In this document: piece by piece, positions 17,930-27,496 of the stretch | Numbering within the stretch: the stretch's first letter is position 1 | Layout: the number at the start of each line of letters is the position of its first letter | NCBI GenBank assembly: GCA_036160375.1 | Contig: JAYYDY010000031.1 | Location: 1 to 54,912, forward strand | Direction: 5' to 3' | Length of the DNA stretch: 54,912 nucleotides | Source of the DNA: Thermoplasmatota archaeon | GTDB lineage: Archaea > Thermoplasmatota > Poseidoniia > Poseidoniales > Poseidoniaceae | Translations under genes and position numbers: made by a program | The notes under the pieces: model-generated | The model's input: the letters and a program-made list of their open reading frames with translations, nothing else | Databases searched by the model: none | What the model was told of the DNA's origin: nothing

Positions 17930-18013
17930 GAGGTGGACGTGAAGGTGACGGGATTTGAATCCTCTTCCGCTCCTTGATTGTCCGTCTTCCTCCCGACGCA
18001 GGGATGACACCCC

Positions 18014-18022
18014 TTCATATTG
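18014..18022 (+). promoter_or_regulatory. TATA-like box (ttcatattg) for the giant surface-protein gene
   Basis: ~40 nt upstream of GTG 18057. Same CATAT core as the rps8e box. Confidence 0.4.
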
Positions 18023-18030
18023 AACGACCC

Positions 18031-18053
18031 CACCTCGCAGAGCGAGGTGTTTT
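18031..18053 (+). promoter_or_regulatory. leader hairpin cacctcgc-aga-gcgaggtg followed by tttt, 3 nt before the start codon
   Basis: 8-bp perfect inverted repeat (18031-18038 / 18042-18049) followed directly by T4 (18050-18053). Lies between the TATA-like box and GTG 18057. Confidence 0.45.
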
Positions 18054-18056
18054 CCC

Positions 18057-21000
18057 GTGGTCGTTCCCGATGAGAAGGTTCGCGTTCGCTCGTCGTGCGC
18101 TGCCGCCATCGCCATGACAGGGCTGATGCTTCTCGTGCTGGCCCAACCGATGGTCGGTTCGCTCGGTCCTTTCTCCACCGACGTGGCTCATTCAACCTAC
18201 TACACGCCGCAGGCGGGAGAAGAGGGTGTCAACACCACCAGCACCGGTGTGCTCAGCATTCCGTACAATCGGACCTTCTCCGGCGGGCAAATCGATGTCA
18301 CGCCCATGTGGTCCGAGGCACCTGACACCAGTGCTCGGTTCGGCATCGATGCGAATGCGGGATGGAACGGAACGCATCAGGGCACCCAGGGCATTGGCCA
18401 CGGTGGCCAGCTGAGCCTCGCCACGCAATCAACGCTGGCCACACTGACCGATTTTGAAACCCTCATCGAGACCCTCCCCGACTGGGTGGGTCAGGGCCCC
18501 AATCACAACGCTTGGAACGTGGTCCCGCTCAACGCCTCAACGGCACAACAAGGGGAACCGAACAATGCGACGGATGGACAGCGCGTGCTGGCCACCCAAG
18601 GCCTTGGTGGTCTGCAAGCCAACATGAGTGGCTGTTTGGCTTCGCCGGCCGAGGTCGTGCCGGCCTTCGTCAACCAGTACAACCTGACCGTTGATCATTG
18701 GCTCGCCTTCAAGGACGACGACGCCGCCTGGATGGAGCGTCGCACGGCCGGCGGCAACTGGCAGGTGCTCGTCCCGACGGGTGGCTACGGCAACTCATCG
18801 AGTCTTTCAGGTGCACCAGCCAGCACATGGGCGGGCGAGTCCGGTGCCTGGCAGCAAGCCCATTTTTCCCTCGACAACGTCGTGCAATCTTCTCCGACCT
18901 TGGAAGTACGGTTCTGTTTCCAAACTTCAAGCACGCCTGGCCTGCGCCACGGTTGGTTCGTTGACAACTACACGCTCTCCAACCTCGGCGATGTCGCGGG
19001 CGCATGGTTCCACGGCAACATGAGCGGCGATTACGCCAACAACGCCGATGGGCGGCTGTACCTGCCTGCGAACCTCTCTGGCTTGACGGGCCCGATGAGG
19101 CTTGAATTCTGGGCCAACTGGGACCTCGAGGGCTCGTTCTCGGACAACTTGCTGGTCTACGTGAGCGTGAACAACGGCACAACGTGGGCCCCCGTGTCGG
19201 GCATTCCCGGGATGCCGGGCAACGGGTTTGCCTATCAGGGAACGTATTACACCGATGAGTCGCTTGGATGGGTGCCGATTTCCTACAACATTCCCAGCGG
19301 CGTTTCGGGTCACCCAAACGCTTCCAACGTGCTGTTTCAATTTCAGGTGACGACCAACCACCACACCGGGTACGGTGGCTTTGCCTCCTCGGGTTGGGAA
19401 GGCGTGGCTGTAGACGATGTCACCGTCATCCATCGTCCGGGCACCGCCAGCGAAGAGCGACGTCAACTGGCAAATTTCTCCATCAACTCCACCAACCATG
19501 TGGGTGACGTCCACGGTTGGCTTGACCCTTCAACGGCTGTCATCAACGAGTGGGTCTGGACGACTGATTTTGGCATGAACCCTACCTCCATCACGCAACG
19601 TTCGTTTGAGAATTCAATGACGACCCCTCCCGGCTGGACCATCGACGGCACGTGGCCCGACGGCTGGGAGGTGGGAGCGACCCGCAATTCATCAGGATGG
19701 GGCCCCGGAGTCTTCCATTCTGGCAACAACGGAGCCGCCATCAACCTCACGACCAAGTACACCAACAACGTCTACACTCACCTCATCAGCGAGGAGTACA
19801 CCGTCCCCAACAACGCCACCGCCCGCCTCTCCTTCCGTTCCTGGGTTTGCACGGAATTCAACTGGGACGGGGGTGGCGTGGCCATCTCAACCGACGGCGG
19901 CCAACAGTGGTGGTGGCTCCCTCCACAGCTCGACGGCTTCCATGACCAAATCTCCACCGTGAACACCAATTCGCCTTTCTTCGGCCGCGGCATCATCGAC
20001 GGCTCCAACGTTCCCAACGGGTGCGGTGCATCCAATCAACGCGATTTTGAATTGAAGACCTACGACCTGTCCAACCTTTCCGGTCAGTCGATCAAGGCAC
20101 GCTTTTCCTTCTTCTCAGACACCTATGTGGAAGGCGATGGGTGGTACATCGACGATGCCGGGGTTGAAATCGATGTCTTCGAATCGTCGGGCACGTGGGT
20201 GTCCCGTTCCATCAGCCCCGACCCGCTGTTCGGCTACGGCTGGTTGGATGGCTGGTACGAACAACCCGAAGGCACGTCCCTCCTGGTTGATGTGTTGGAC
20301 GCTCAGCACCAACCCATTGATGGCCACACCAACCTCACGCTGCCTGTTCCCGTAGCCGTGGACCCGGTGGAACACCCTACGGTTCACGTTCGCGTACGGA
20401 TGACCACCAACGACACCTACGTCACGCCGCTGGTTCACAGCCTTTCCGTCGGTCGAACCACGTACATTGGTCCTCAGCACATCATCAACAGTCCAGCTGG
20501 CGACAACGCGATGGTGGACAGCAACGGGACCTTGCGTGTCTCAGGTTCGTTCACCCTGCCGCTTTCGTCCATGGCCACTTGTCCCCACGACGGCTACCGT
20601 CTCACCACGGTTGGTGACAACCTGACGTGGCTCACCACCAACGGCCAGGTGGTCGCTTCTGCGCACGTGCCCGGAAGGGAGCCTACGACCTACCTCAATC
20701 ACTCGCTCGGCGGTCGTATCGGCCTGATGAACGAGTTCACCATCGCCGCCAATGGCGGGGAAGCCTTTGTCCGAGCCAAGGCCGAGCCGGACTGCGTCGC
20801 GCCGCCCGAACGCCCCCATCTTGCGCTGGGTTGGAACAACGTCTCCGTGATGGCATGGCCACCCAGCGGCATGTCGGACCACATCGGTTTGAACACCCAA
20901 CTTTCACGCGCTGAACACCATGGCACGAACCTCACATGGAACCCCAGCGCCCCTTCGCCAAGCATCGCCATGTCGAACAGCACCCTCGAATTGTCGTACA

Positions 21001-24000
21001 CGACGCTCGAGCCTCCCGGCACTGGAACCAACGGTGTGCCGCCCGCAGTGGTCCTTTCCATCAACAACCAAACCTCGACGACGGAGGTTCGAATCAACGG
21101 CGTGCTCCAAACCTTGGCCGAAGGTCAAACCGCCTTGAGTCACCAATCCACCGCTTCGTGCCCTTCCTCCTCGAACGCATCACTCAGTTCTGTGTTCATC
21201 GCGTTGCAACGGACATGCACGCTGACCGTCGCGGTACAAGGGGCAGCCGACGTCAAGGTGTTGCAGTTCATGCACCTGCTTCCCGACGCCACCCTTGAGG
21301 TCCGTGTCAGCGCTGGCGATCTCAACACGGCCAAAGAGGCCTCAGCAGGTGTCGACATGCGTGCGATGCTCGATGTTCCTCTTCATGTTCAAACCGATGT
21401 GGGTGGGCTTCGTGTCGGATTGAACGCCACCACGCTGCCGCTGATGACCGAGTCCGTGGATGCACCCGCCTACACTCGATGGTTGCCCGGTCAGACCGTG
21501 ATGTTCACCACGCATCACACCCGCTCCAACCCGCTTGAAGTGTCCGAAAACGCCCCAGACATCACCGGCGTCTCGTTCCTGCTCGGACCGAGCAGCGATG
21601 CGAACGAGGCGATCATCCACGTTGAACTCGACCGCATCCAAACGGCTCCAAGGTTCCGGCAAATGGACGGTGCAGGCTTGGCGTTGTTCGATGCCAGTGC
21701 CTCCAGCGTCGTCTGCACCATGAACACGTGCACCATCGATTGGGCGTTCACGAGCACGTGGCTGCTCGACGACGTTGACGACCTCCACGTGCTCACCACG
21801 GCCACGGATGACGAGGGGTTGGCTGCAGGCCCGGAAGTATTTGTCAGAAAGACGGCGTTCAACGAGGTTGAGAACGATCTTGAGGTCGTGGAGTTCACAG
21901 TTACGGACAGCCAACAGCGGCGCATTGACGATTGGACCAATTCTTTCTGGCCGTTCCACCTTGATGAAAACGAGTCACTGTTGGCCTCCGGACGGGTTCG
22001 AATGGAAGGCATTGCCAACCAGTGGGTCGAGGCTGGAGAGGCTGAAGCGACGGTGACCCTTCGCGCTGTTCCACCGAAGAACCTCTCTGGAGGACCGGAC
22101 GAATGGCCCGGAGAGCCGGTCTCCTGGTCCCGTTCATGGACGGCGGAGGTTGAATCTGGCGGTTGGTTCAGCGTTCAGACCTCCACGCCAACGGACGAAG
22201 ACGGTGTACCGAGTAACACGTTCCTCGAACTGGTTCCCAGTCTTTCGCGAAGGGGTCCGGTTGGTCTCAACGCCTCCTCAAGCGAGGACCGAACGGTGGT
22301 GTTGACCCCCACGCGTCTCCTCTTCGACACCGTGCAACCCACGGTCAACACGCTCACGGTGTTGGATTCAGGTCAAGAGGTTCCCGCCGACGGTCATGTG
22401 GCCATGTACGGGAAGGACATCGCCCTTCGGCTGCAGATCAGCGATCCGGAAGGGTTAGCGAGCCTCCTTGAGGTATGGACGTGGCTTGAGAAGCTGCACG
22501 ACACCAACAACAACGGCCTCATGGAAGCGGATGAATACCGCATGGAAACGGTGAGCTTGAATCGCGGTGTGGCTGAATTGGAAGTTGACCTGCCGCTGCT
22601 TTCCTCTGAAAGCGTCGTGCCTGACGGCGCCAACGCAGGGCGACTGAGCATCGTGCTGGTGGGGGAAGACTTGGCGGGGAATGCGTTGGTGGGTGGAGGT
22701 ACGTTTGGCGAAGCCAACGATTTGGCCACCTTGAGTGTGCAGCGGCGAGCCGACACCACCGTGGACGTGGACAACATTGGCTTGGATGCTGTCCAAGGGC
22801 GTCTGCTGGCAGGGCACGAGCATGAATTCACCTTCACGTTGGGCGACGCCAATGGACTCCAGTCCCTCGAGAGCATTCGTTTGGCCTTGCTCGGTGAGAA
22901 GAATGCCTCAGCGTGCTTCATCCACTACGAGCCTCGCTTTGGCGAGCTGACATACGACGAGTCCTGCTTTGCAGACCGGCCCGTGGTCGACGTTCAACAG
23001 CGCCCCCTGCTTACCACCTACGACCTGACCTTCTCCTTCCGACTGGACTGGAACAAAACGGCTTCACTGAACAGCACCGTTGGCGTTCCGGGACTCAGCG
23101 TCATCGACGAGGGTCAGGATGTCGGGTTGGGGCTGTACCGGTTGAACAGCCTCGCTTGGACCGCCAGCGACGATGTTGAACTGAGGTGGATTGACATCAC
23201 GGACCTCCAGTCTCCTTTTGGACAAACGGACGGCTCAACGCATTGGTTCCACCGAAACGATCCGGTCCAGCATCGCATCGGCCTGTACCACAACAACACC
23301 GCCGTACTGGCGGAGGGCTTCCCCAACAGCGGCCATTTCACATGGACGCTGAGTGACAGCGAGCGCTCGGAAACGGGTCGGGTGAACCTTTCCGCCACCG
23401 GTTTGATGAATTTCACCGTCAACATGAACGAAAATGTCCTGTACGACGATGAGGGGCTGTTTTCCATCTCGCCAGACGGCTTCTCAGGTCATGGTATCAA
23501 CGGCTTGAGCTACAATGTGGTGGTGGACGACGTGGCGCCCAAACTCGTGATTGCGCCGGGCATGCTCGAGAATTTCGCCTCGAACGAATTGAACGATGTC
23601 GCCATCACCGTGAGCATCAACGACGACACCGACATGCCGCCAGGCCCGCTGGAGATGCACACACTGTTCTACCGTCTGGGTCAGCCCGTTGAAGGCTCAG
23701 AACAAACGATTGCACTGCCGCTCAACACCACCCTGAACGAGTTCACCGTGTATTCGGGAACCGTTGATTTCCTTCCCGAGGGCGTCACCCTCACCCGCAG
23801 CGATGTGCTCCTGGTATGGTTCAATGCGACCGACCGTTCTGGACGCATGTTGACAGGCTACGGTACGGCCTCGGCACCGCTGAACGTCGGGTTGACGTGG
23901 TTTGCCTTTGAGCCGGTGCTCACGGACCTGTCAGCCACACCCTTCCGTCCAGTGGTGGGTGAGAACGTCTCGGTCTACGCTCGTATTGCCAACGACGGTC

Positions 24001-24410
24001 TGCTGGCGGGCGAATTTACCGTCGTTCTTCGAGACGACGAAGGTCGGGAAATGAACAACGCCACGGCGTTCCTCGACACCGGCGAGTGGATCAACTTCGT
24101 CTGGAACATTGAGGCCTGGAAAGAGGGCAGGCTGGGACTGACCGTCGAGATTGTCGATTTCACACCGCGGGTTCCTGTTCCGCTGGCCGACATTCAGCCC
24201 AACGAAAGCGACGACCCGTCGGGCGGCATGGCCACGCTGAGCCTGTCCGTGCTTTCCCTGCTGGTCGCGGGGATGGTGCTGTTCGTCGTGCGAAATCAAC
24301 GTGCTCAGCGAGAAGAGGTCTACCATCTTGAACGCATTCGCCGTGTTGTAGCTCACCGTCGCCCGCCTCCGAAACCCGTGGAGTTGGTGGACATCCTGCA
24401 AGAGGAATAG
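18057..24410 (+). CDS. giant (2117 aa) cell-surface glycoprotein/adhesin-like protein with C-terminal TM anchor
   Basis: GTG start with a signal-like N-terminus (KVRVRSSCAAAIAMTGLMLLVLAQPMVG). 44 N-x-S/T sequons by my manual count. Three modules end in W-x-[VI]-D-[DN] (GWFVDNYTL, WEGVAVDDVTV, GWYIDDAGVEI). CARDB-like segment (PVVGENVSVYARIANDGLLAGEFTVVL) just before the TM LSLSVLSLLVAGMVLFVV, then a ~45-aa basic tail. Confidence 0.85.
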   Translation: MVVPDEKVRVRSSCAAAIAMTGLMLLVLAQPMVGSLGPFSTDVAHSTYYTPQAGEEGVNTTSTGVLSIPYNRTFSGGQIDVTPMWSEAPDTSARFGIDANAGWNGTHQGTQGIGHGGQLSLATQSTLATLTDFETLIETLPDWVGQGPNHNAWNVVPLNASTAQQGEPNNATDGQRVLATQGLGGLQANMSGCLASPAEVVPAFVNQYNLTVDHWLAFKDDDAAWMERRTAGGNWQVLVPTGGYGNSSSLSGAPASTWAGESGAWQQAHFSLDNVVQSSPTLEVRFCFQTSSTPGLRHGWFVDNYTLSNLGDVAGAWFHGNMSGDYANNADGRLYLPANLSGLTGPMRLEFWANWDLEGSFSDNLLVYVSVNNGTTWAPVSGIPGMPGNGFAYQGTYYTDESLGWVPISYNIPSGVSGHPNASNVLFQFQVTTNHHTGYGGFASSGWEGVAVDDVTVIHRPGTASEERRQLANFSINSTNHVGDVHGWLDPSTAVINEWVWTTDFGMNPTSITQRSFENSMTTPPGWTIDGTWPDGWEVGATRNSSGWGPGVFHSGNNGAAINLTTKYTNNVYTHLISEEYTVPNNATARLSFRSWVCTEFNWDGGGVAISTDGGQQWWWLPPQLDGFHDQISTVNTNSPFFGRGIIDGSNVPNGCGASNQRDFELKTYDLSNLSGQSIKARFSFFSDTYVEGDGWYIDDAGVEIDVFESSGTWVSRSISPDPLFGYGWLDGWYEQPEGTSLLVDVLDAQHQPIDGHTNLTLPVPVAVDPVEHPTVHVRVRMTTNDTYVTPLVHSLSVGRTTYIGPQHIINSPAGDNAMVDSNGTLRVSGSFTLPLSSMATCPHDGYRLTTVGDNLTWLTTNGQVVASAHVPGREPTTYLNHSLGGRIGLMNEFTIAANGGEAFVRAKAEPDCVAPPERPHLALGWNNVSVMAWPPSGMSDHIGLNTQLSRAEHHGTNLTWNPSAPSPSIAMSNSTLELSYTTLEPPGTGTNGVPPAVVLSINNQTSTTEVRINGVLQTLAEGQTALSHQSTASCPSSSNASLSSVFIALQRTCTLTVAVQGAADVKVLQFMHLLPDATLEVRVSAGDLNTAKEASAGVDMRAMLDVPLHVQTDVGGLRVGLNATTLPLMTESVDAPAYTRWLPGQTVMFTTHHTRSNPLEVSENAPDITGVSFLLGPSSDANEAIIHVELDRIQTAPRFRQMDGAGLALFDASASSVVCTMNTCTIDWAFTSTWLLDDVDDLHVLTTATDDEGLAAGPEVFVRKTAFNEVENDLEVVEFTVTDSQQRRIDDWTNSFWPFHLDENESLLASGRVRMEGIANQWVEAGEAEATVTLRAVPPKNLSGGPDEWPGEPVSWSRSWTAEVESGGWFSVQTSTPTDEDGVPSNTFLELVPSLSRRGPVGLNASSSEDRTVVLTPTRLLFDTVQPTVNTLTVLDSGQEVPADGHVAMYGKDIALRLQISDPEGLASLLEVWTWLEKLHDTNNNGLMEADEYRMETVSLNRGVAELEVDLPLLSSESVVPDGANAGRLSIVLVGEDLAGNALVGGGTFGEANDLATLSVQRRADTTVDVDNIGLDAVQGRLLAGHEHEFTFTLGDANGLQSLESIRLALLGEKNASACFIHYEPRFGELTYDESCFADRPVVDVQQRPLLTTYDLTFSFRLDWNKTASLNSTVGVPGLSVIDEGQDVGLGLYRLNSLAWTASDDVELRWIDITDLQSPFGQTDGSTHWFHRNDPVQHRIGLYHNNTAVLAEGFPNSGHFTWTLSDSERSETGRVNLSATGLMNFTVNMNENVLYDDEGLFSISPDGFSGHGINGLSYNVVVDDVAPKLVIAPGMLENFASNELNDVAITVSINDDTDMPPGPLEMHTLFYRLGQPVEGSEQTIALPLNTTLNEFTVYSGTVDFLPEGVTLTRSDVLLVWFNATDRSGRMLTGYGTASAPLNVGLTWFAFEPVLTDLSATPFRPVVGENVSVYARIANDGLLAGEFTVVLRDDEGREMNNATAFLDTGEWINFVWNIEAWKEGRLGLTVEIVDFTPRVPVPLADIQPNESDDPSGGMATLSLSVLSLLVAGMVLFVVRNQRAQREEVYHLERIRRVVAHRRPPPKPVELVDILQEE

Positions 24411-24442
24411 TCAAGAAGAACAGGCCTCACGAACGGACAGAA

Positions 24443-24524
24443 GCCGGGGTACCCGAGTGGTCAAAGGGGGTGGATTCAAGCTCCTCTGCATATTGCTTCG
24501 CAGGTTCGAATCCTGCCCCCGGCA
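24443..24524 (+). tRNA. tRNA-Leu (anticodon CAA), class II with long variable arm, no encoded CCA, no intron
   Basis: Hand-folded. Acceptor GCCGGGG/CCCCGGC plus discriminator A. T-arm GCAGG-TTCGAAT-CCTGC. Anticodon loop TT-CAA-GC on a 5-bp stem with one U-U mismatch. Variable arm GCA-TAT-TGC. Confidence 0.9.
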
Positions 24525-24546
24525 TTGAATCCCTTTCAGTCACCCG

Positions 24547-24551
24547 TTTTT
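24547..24551 (+). terminator. oligo-T tract (ttttt) 23 nt downstream of tRNA-Leu
   Basis: Archaeal RNA polymerase terminates at T-runs. This is the only T5 in the spacer. Confidence 0.35.
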
Positions 24552-24620
24552 CATTCAGATTGTCGATTCCAATACCGCTGTCGGGGGTTGGATTAAAGCA
24601 CGGCAGGCCGTGGTTGGTTC

Positions 24621-26441
24621 ATGGACCCCACCGAGGTGCAAAGCATTGACCAAGGTGTGTTCGCCTTTCCCAAGCCGACCTTCAAGCACGGGCTGGGCTA
24701 CATCTTTTCCATCTCCGCCATGCTCGTCGCTATTGGATTGTTTTCCAGCAGCCTCGTGATACCCGATGTTCCACGCGTGGAGGAAGCCAACGTGATTCCT
24801 TACCTCCACGATGACATGGCGGCTTACGAGTACGGGTCGCTGCAGGACGGCTACGACAGCGACGAGTACGCCGACCAGGCCGCCTTTGTCGTGGTGCCCT
24901 TGGAACTGGTCGAAGGCACCCTTGCCTACGACGACTGCAAATGGGTGGAAGACGACGATGGTGGCGGCCATTGGGATTACGATTTCTCCATGGCAGACGC
25001 CCAACCGCTCACCATGATGGACGCCGAAGGCTCGGTGATTCAGGCCGCATTCTCCTTGGATGGGTCGCTCTCTCCAGAGGGTGAAATGGATGACCCTGCG
25101 TGCAACGATGAATGGTCTCGAACCATCCAAGGCTACGGCATGGACGCCGGCAATTTCCTGTTCAATGCTTTTGTTTTGGTGGAGGAGAATCCACCTCGCT
25201 ACCAACTGCTGTCGGTGATGGAAATCGGGAGCCTCAACAACCCTTCCAACGACCCACAAGAGGTCACGCAGCGTGAAGACCGCGGCCGGTGGGCCTTGCT
25301 GAGCACCGGTATCGCTGGCCTGATCTTCATGTACAGCACCTCGCCACCGCTGATGGACAACCTTCGCAAGATTCGCAAGGCGAACCGTTCGGCCGTGAAG
25401 GACACGACGTCTGCTCCGGGCGTGCTCGGGTTTGGTGGCCGGTTGTTCCCGCATTTTGGCCCGAATTTCCAGCCGCTGCCCTACGAGGACCATCCCGCCC
25501 GTTCGGTCAACGACGACTGGCTGTTCGGGGCGCCCGTACCCAGCAGCTTCAACGACCCGTACGCTGGGGATCAAGATGGGAAACTCATTCGTGAGCACCC
25601 CAGCGTCATCGGGACGCCCAAGGCGGCGTTGCTTACGCCCTACAGCATCGGGGCCATCCTGTTCGCCGGCTCGTTCATCTGGCTCTCCGCCGACCTTCGG
25701 GCAAGGGACGGCTCGGACTTTCACACGATGTTGGGTTGGGGCATGACCGTGGCGGTGACCATCATCAACCTCCTGTGGTTCTACACCGCTTGGAAGCAGT
25801 TCAAACTCAACCGTCTGATTCGAGACCTGCCAACCTCCCCCATCCGAAGCGTGGCCGTCGGTCAGGCTGAACTCGTTGGTCAGGTTCGTCCTTCCGTGGC
25901 CGGCACGCCGGAAATGTCAGTGGGCGGACGAACCCACAAGGGTCTGGCGGCCTGGCAGTGGAAGTCCTACCAGTACGTGTGCCGAACCGATTCGGACGGC
26001 GACACCCACTGTTCGTGGGAGCACCGAGAGACGAGGGACGGCGGCGTACCGTTCATGGTTCACGACGGTTCGGGTGGGATGCTCATCGACCCGTCGCTGT
26101 GGTCCAAGAAGCCGATCGATTACGGCCCCGTCCTCGACGCGTGGCAGCGCGGCGATTGGAAATGGAACCTGGTTGGCCTTGGCATCGGCGACCCGGTCTA
26201 CATCTTGGGCGATTGCGTGCCCCGCGACGTTGACCACCTCCAGAAGTGGGGCAGCGATGAAACGCTTGCACAAGCCCTGCTGACGATGGTGCCAACCACG
26301 GGCACGGGCGACGCTTCGGTCCTGCACTACGGGACGGAAATGGACGTCCTTGCCAAGAACCGTTCATTATTCGAGATCTTCATCGTCCCGCTCCTCATCT
26401 TCCTCTTTGGCATCTTCATGTTCGTCAACTACACGCCCTAA
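24621..26441 (+). CDS. polytopic membrane protein with GIDE-like (prokaryotic 'E3 ubiquitin ligase GIDE' family) domain
   Basis: ATG at 24621. TM1, then a ~180-aa acidic outside domain and three more TMs. IRDLPTSPIRSVAVGQAELVGQVRP...WQWKSYQYVC...GVPFMVHDGSGGMLIDPS matches my recall of the bacterial/archaeal GIDE pattern (PTS.IRS...G.vEl.G.v ... c.wY.y ... pF.l.D.tG.v.vdP). C-terminal TM LFEIFIVPLLIFLFGIFMFV. Confidence 0.65.
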   Translation: MDPTEVQSIDQGVFAFPKPTFKHGLGYIFSISAMLVAIGLFSSSLVIPDVPRVEEANVIPYLHDDMAAYEYGSLQDGYDSDEYADQAAFVVVPLELVEGTLAYDDCKWVEDDDGGGHWDYDFSMADAQPLTMMDAEGSVIQAAFSLDGSLSPEGEMDDPACNDEWSRTIQGYGMDAGNFLFNAFVLVEENPPRYQLLSVMEIGSLNNPSNDPQEVTQREDRGRWALLSTGIAGLIFMYSTSPPLMDNLRKIRKANRSAVKDTTSAPGVLGFGGRLFPHFGPNFQPLPYEDHPARSVNDDWLFGAPVPSSFNDPYAGDQDGKLIREHPSVIGTPKAALLTPYSIGAILFAGSFIWLSADLRARDGSDFHTMLGWGMTVAVTIINLLWFYTAWKQFKLNRLIRDLPTSPIRSVAVGQAELVGQVRPSVAGTPEMSVGGRTHKGLAAWQWKSYQYVCRTDSDGDTHCSWEHRETRDGGVPFMVHDGSGGMLIDPSLWSKKPIDYGPVLDAWQRGDWKWNLVGLGIGDPVYILGDCVPRDVDHLQKWGSDETLAQALLTMVPTTGTGDASVLHYGTEMDVLAKNRSLFEIFIVPLLIFLFGIFMFVNYTP

Positions 26442-26483
26442 CTCGGGTAAATGACAGGTCGATTCGAGCACTGACTTCTGTAC

Positions 26484-26507
26484 GTGATGCTATAGTGATA
26501 TCATCAC
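26484..26507. promoter_or_regulatory. operator-like cluster of three GTGAT half-sites (two direct 11 bp apart, one inverted), including the palindrome tgatatca
   Basis: gtgat at 26484 and 26495, atcac at 26503-26507. GTGATG/CATCAC (26484-89 / 26502-07) are exact reverse complements. The cluster lies just upstream of the TATA-like box of the SPFH-RHH gene pair, in the most A/T-rich spacer of the window. Confidence 0.4.
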
Positions 26508-26513
26508 AATATC

Positions 26514-26522
26514 TTTATTTTA
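26514..26522 (+). promoter_or_regulatory. TATA-like box (tttatttta) for the SPFH gene, spacing consistent with a leaderless or very short-leader mRNA
   Basis: 21-29 nt upstream of ATG 26543. No Shine-Dalgarno in between. Confidence 0.45.
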
Positions 26523-26542
26523 CCGTACGGAATCGTAGAACC

Positions 26543-27475
26543 ATGCAAGCCCCCTCTGCTGGCCAATCCATGCCAATGACTCATCAAACCCGACCGACCT
26601 TCAAGGACGCCCCACTGTCCTCGATCAACGGCTTTGTCGGCCTCGGCGCCCATGCGCTCCTTAGCCTGCTTCTGTTGTTCGGCCAAGTCCTCTGGGCCTT
26701 TGCTTGGCCTGTCGCCATCCTGCTCAATGTGGGGGGTGGCATTCTCTGGTTTTTGATGTGGAACAGCTACGTCATCGTCAACCCGAACGAAGCGGTCGTG
26801 GCTCAGTTCTTTGGCAAGTATGTGGGCACGCTCAAGCAGGAAGGGTTCCGGTTCTTCCTCAATCCACTGTACGGGAAATCGCGTATTTCGCTTCGCATCA
26901 ACAACTTTGAATCGAGCAAACTCAAGGTGAACGACGTCAACGCCAACCCCATCAACATCGCCGCCGTGGTCGTTTGGCGCGTGTACGACGCCGCCGAAGC
27001 CATGTTTGAGGTGGAAAAGTATCAGCACTATGTGCAAATTCAAAGCGAGGCCGCCCTCAGAGAAATGGCCACCAAGTACCCTTACGACGCCATTGAGGAG
27101 AAAGACATCGGTGGCATTACCCTGTCCGGCCACCAGGACACCATCGCCAAGGAACTCCAAGCCTCGGTCGAGGCTCGCCTTTCGCGGGACGGCATCGCCG
27201 TGCTCGAAGCCCGCATCAGCTACCTCGCTTACTCCACGGAAATTGCGCAGGCGATGCTTCGCCGTCAACAAGCCAGTGCTGTGGTTGCTGCACGGCGAGA
27301 GATCGTTGACGGTGCCGTGGGCATGGTTGAACTTGCACTTGAACAACTCAGCGCCAAGCAAATCATTGAGTTGGACGAAGAAAAGAAAGCGACCATGGTG
27401 AGCAACCTTCTGGTCGTTCTCTGCTCTGAAACCGACACCACGCCGGTGGTTAACACCGGCACGCTGTACCAGTGA
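26543..27475 (+). CDS. SPFH/band-7 (stomatin/prohibitin superfamily) membrane protein
   Basis: Track ORF (GTG 26495) trimmed to ATG 26543. Two N-terminal TMs, then the SPFH core (YVIVNPNEAVVAQFFGKYVGTLKQEGFRFFLNP...VNANPINIAAVVVWRV...QIQSEAALREMA) and a coiled C-terminal part ending VVNTGTLYQ. Confidence 0.85.
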   Translation: MQAPSAGQSMPMTHQTRPTFKDAPLSSINGFVGLGAHALLSLLLLFGQVLWAFAWPVAILLNVGGGILWFLMWNSYVIVNPNEAVVAQFFGKYVGTLKQEGFRFFLNPLYGKSRISLRINNFESSKLKVNDVNANPINIAAVVVWRVYDAAEAMFEVEKYQHYVQIQSEAALREMATKYPYDAIEEKDIGGITLSGHQDTIAKELQASVEARLSRDGIAVLEARISYLAYSTEIAQAMLRRQQASAVVAARREIVDGAVGMVELALEQLSAKQIIELDEEKKATMVSNLLVVLCSETDTTPVVNTGTLYQ

Positions 27476-27496
27476 TGGTTCCTCGGGGGCGCCGAC

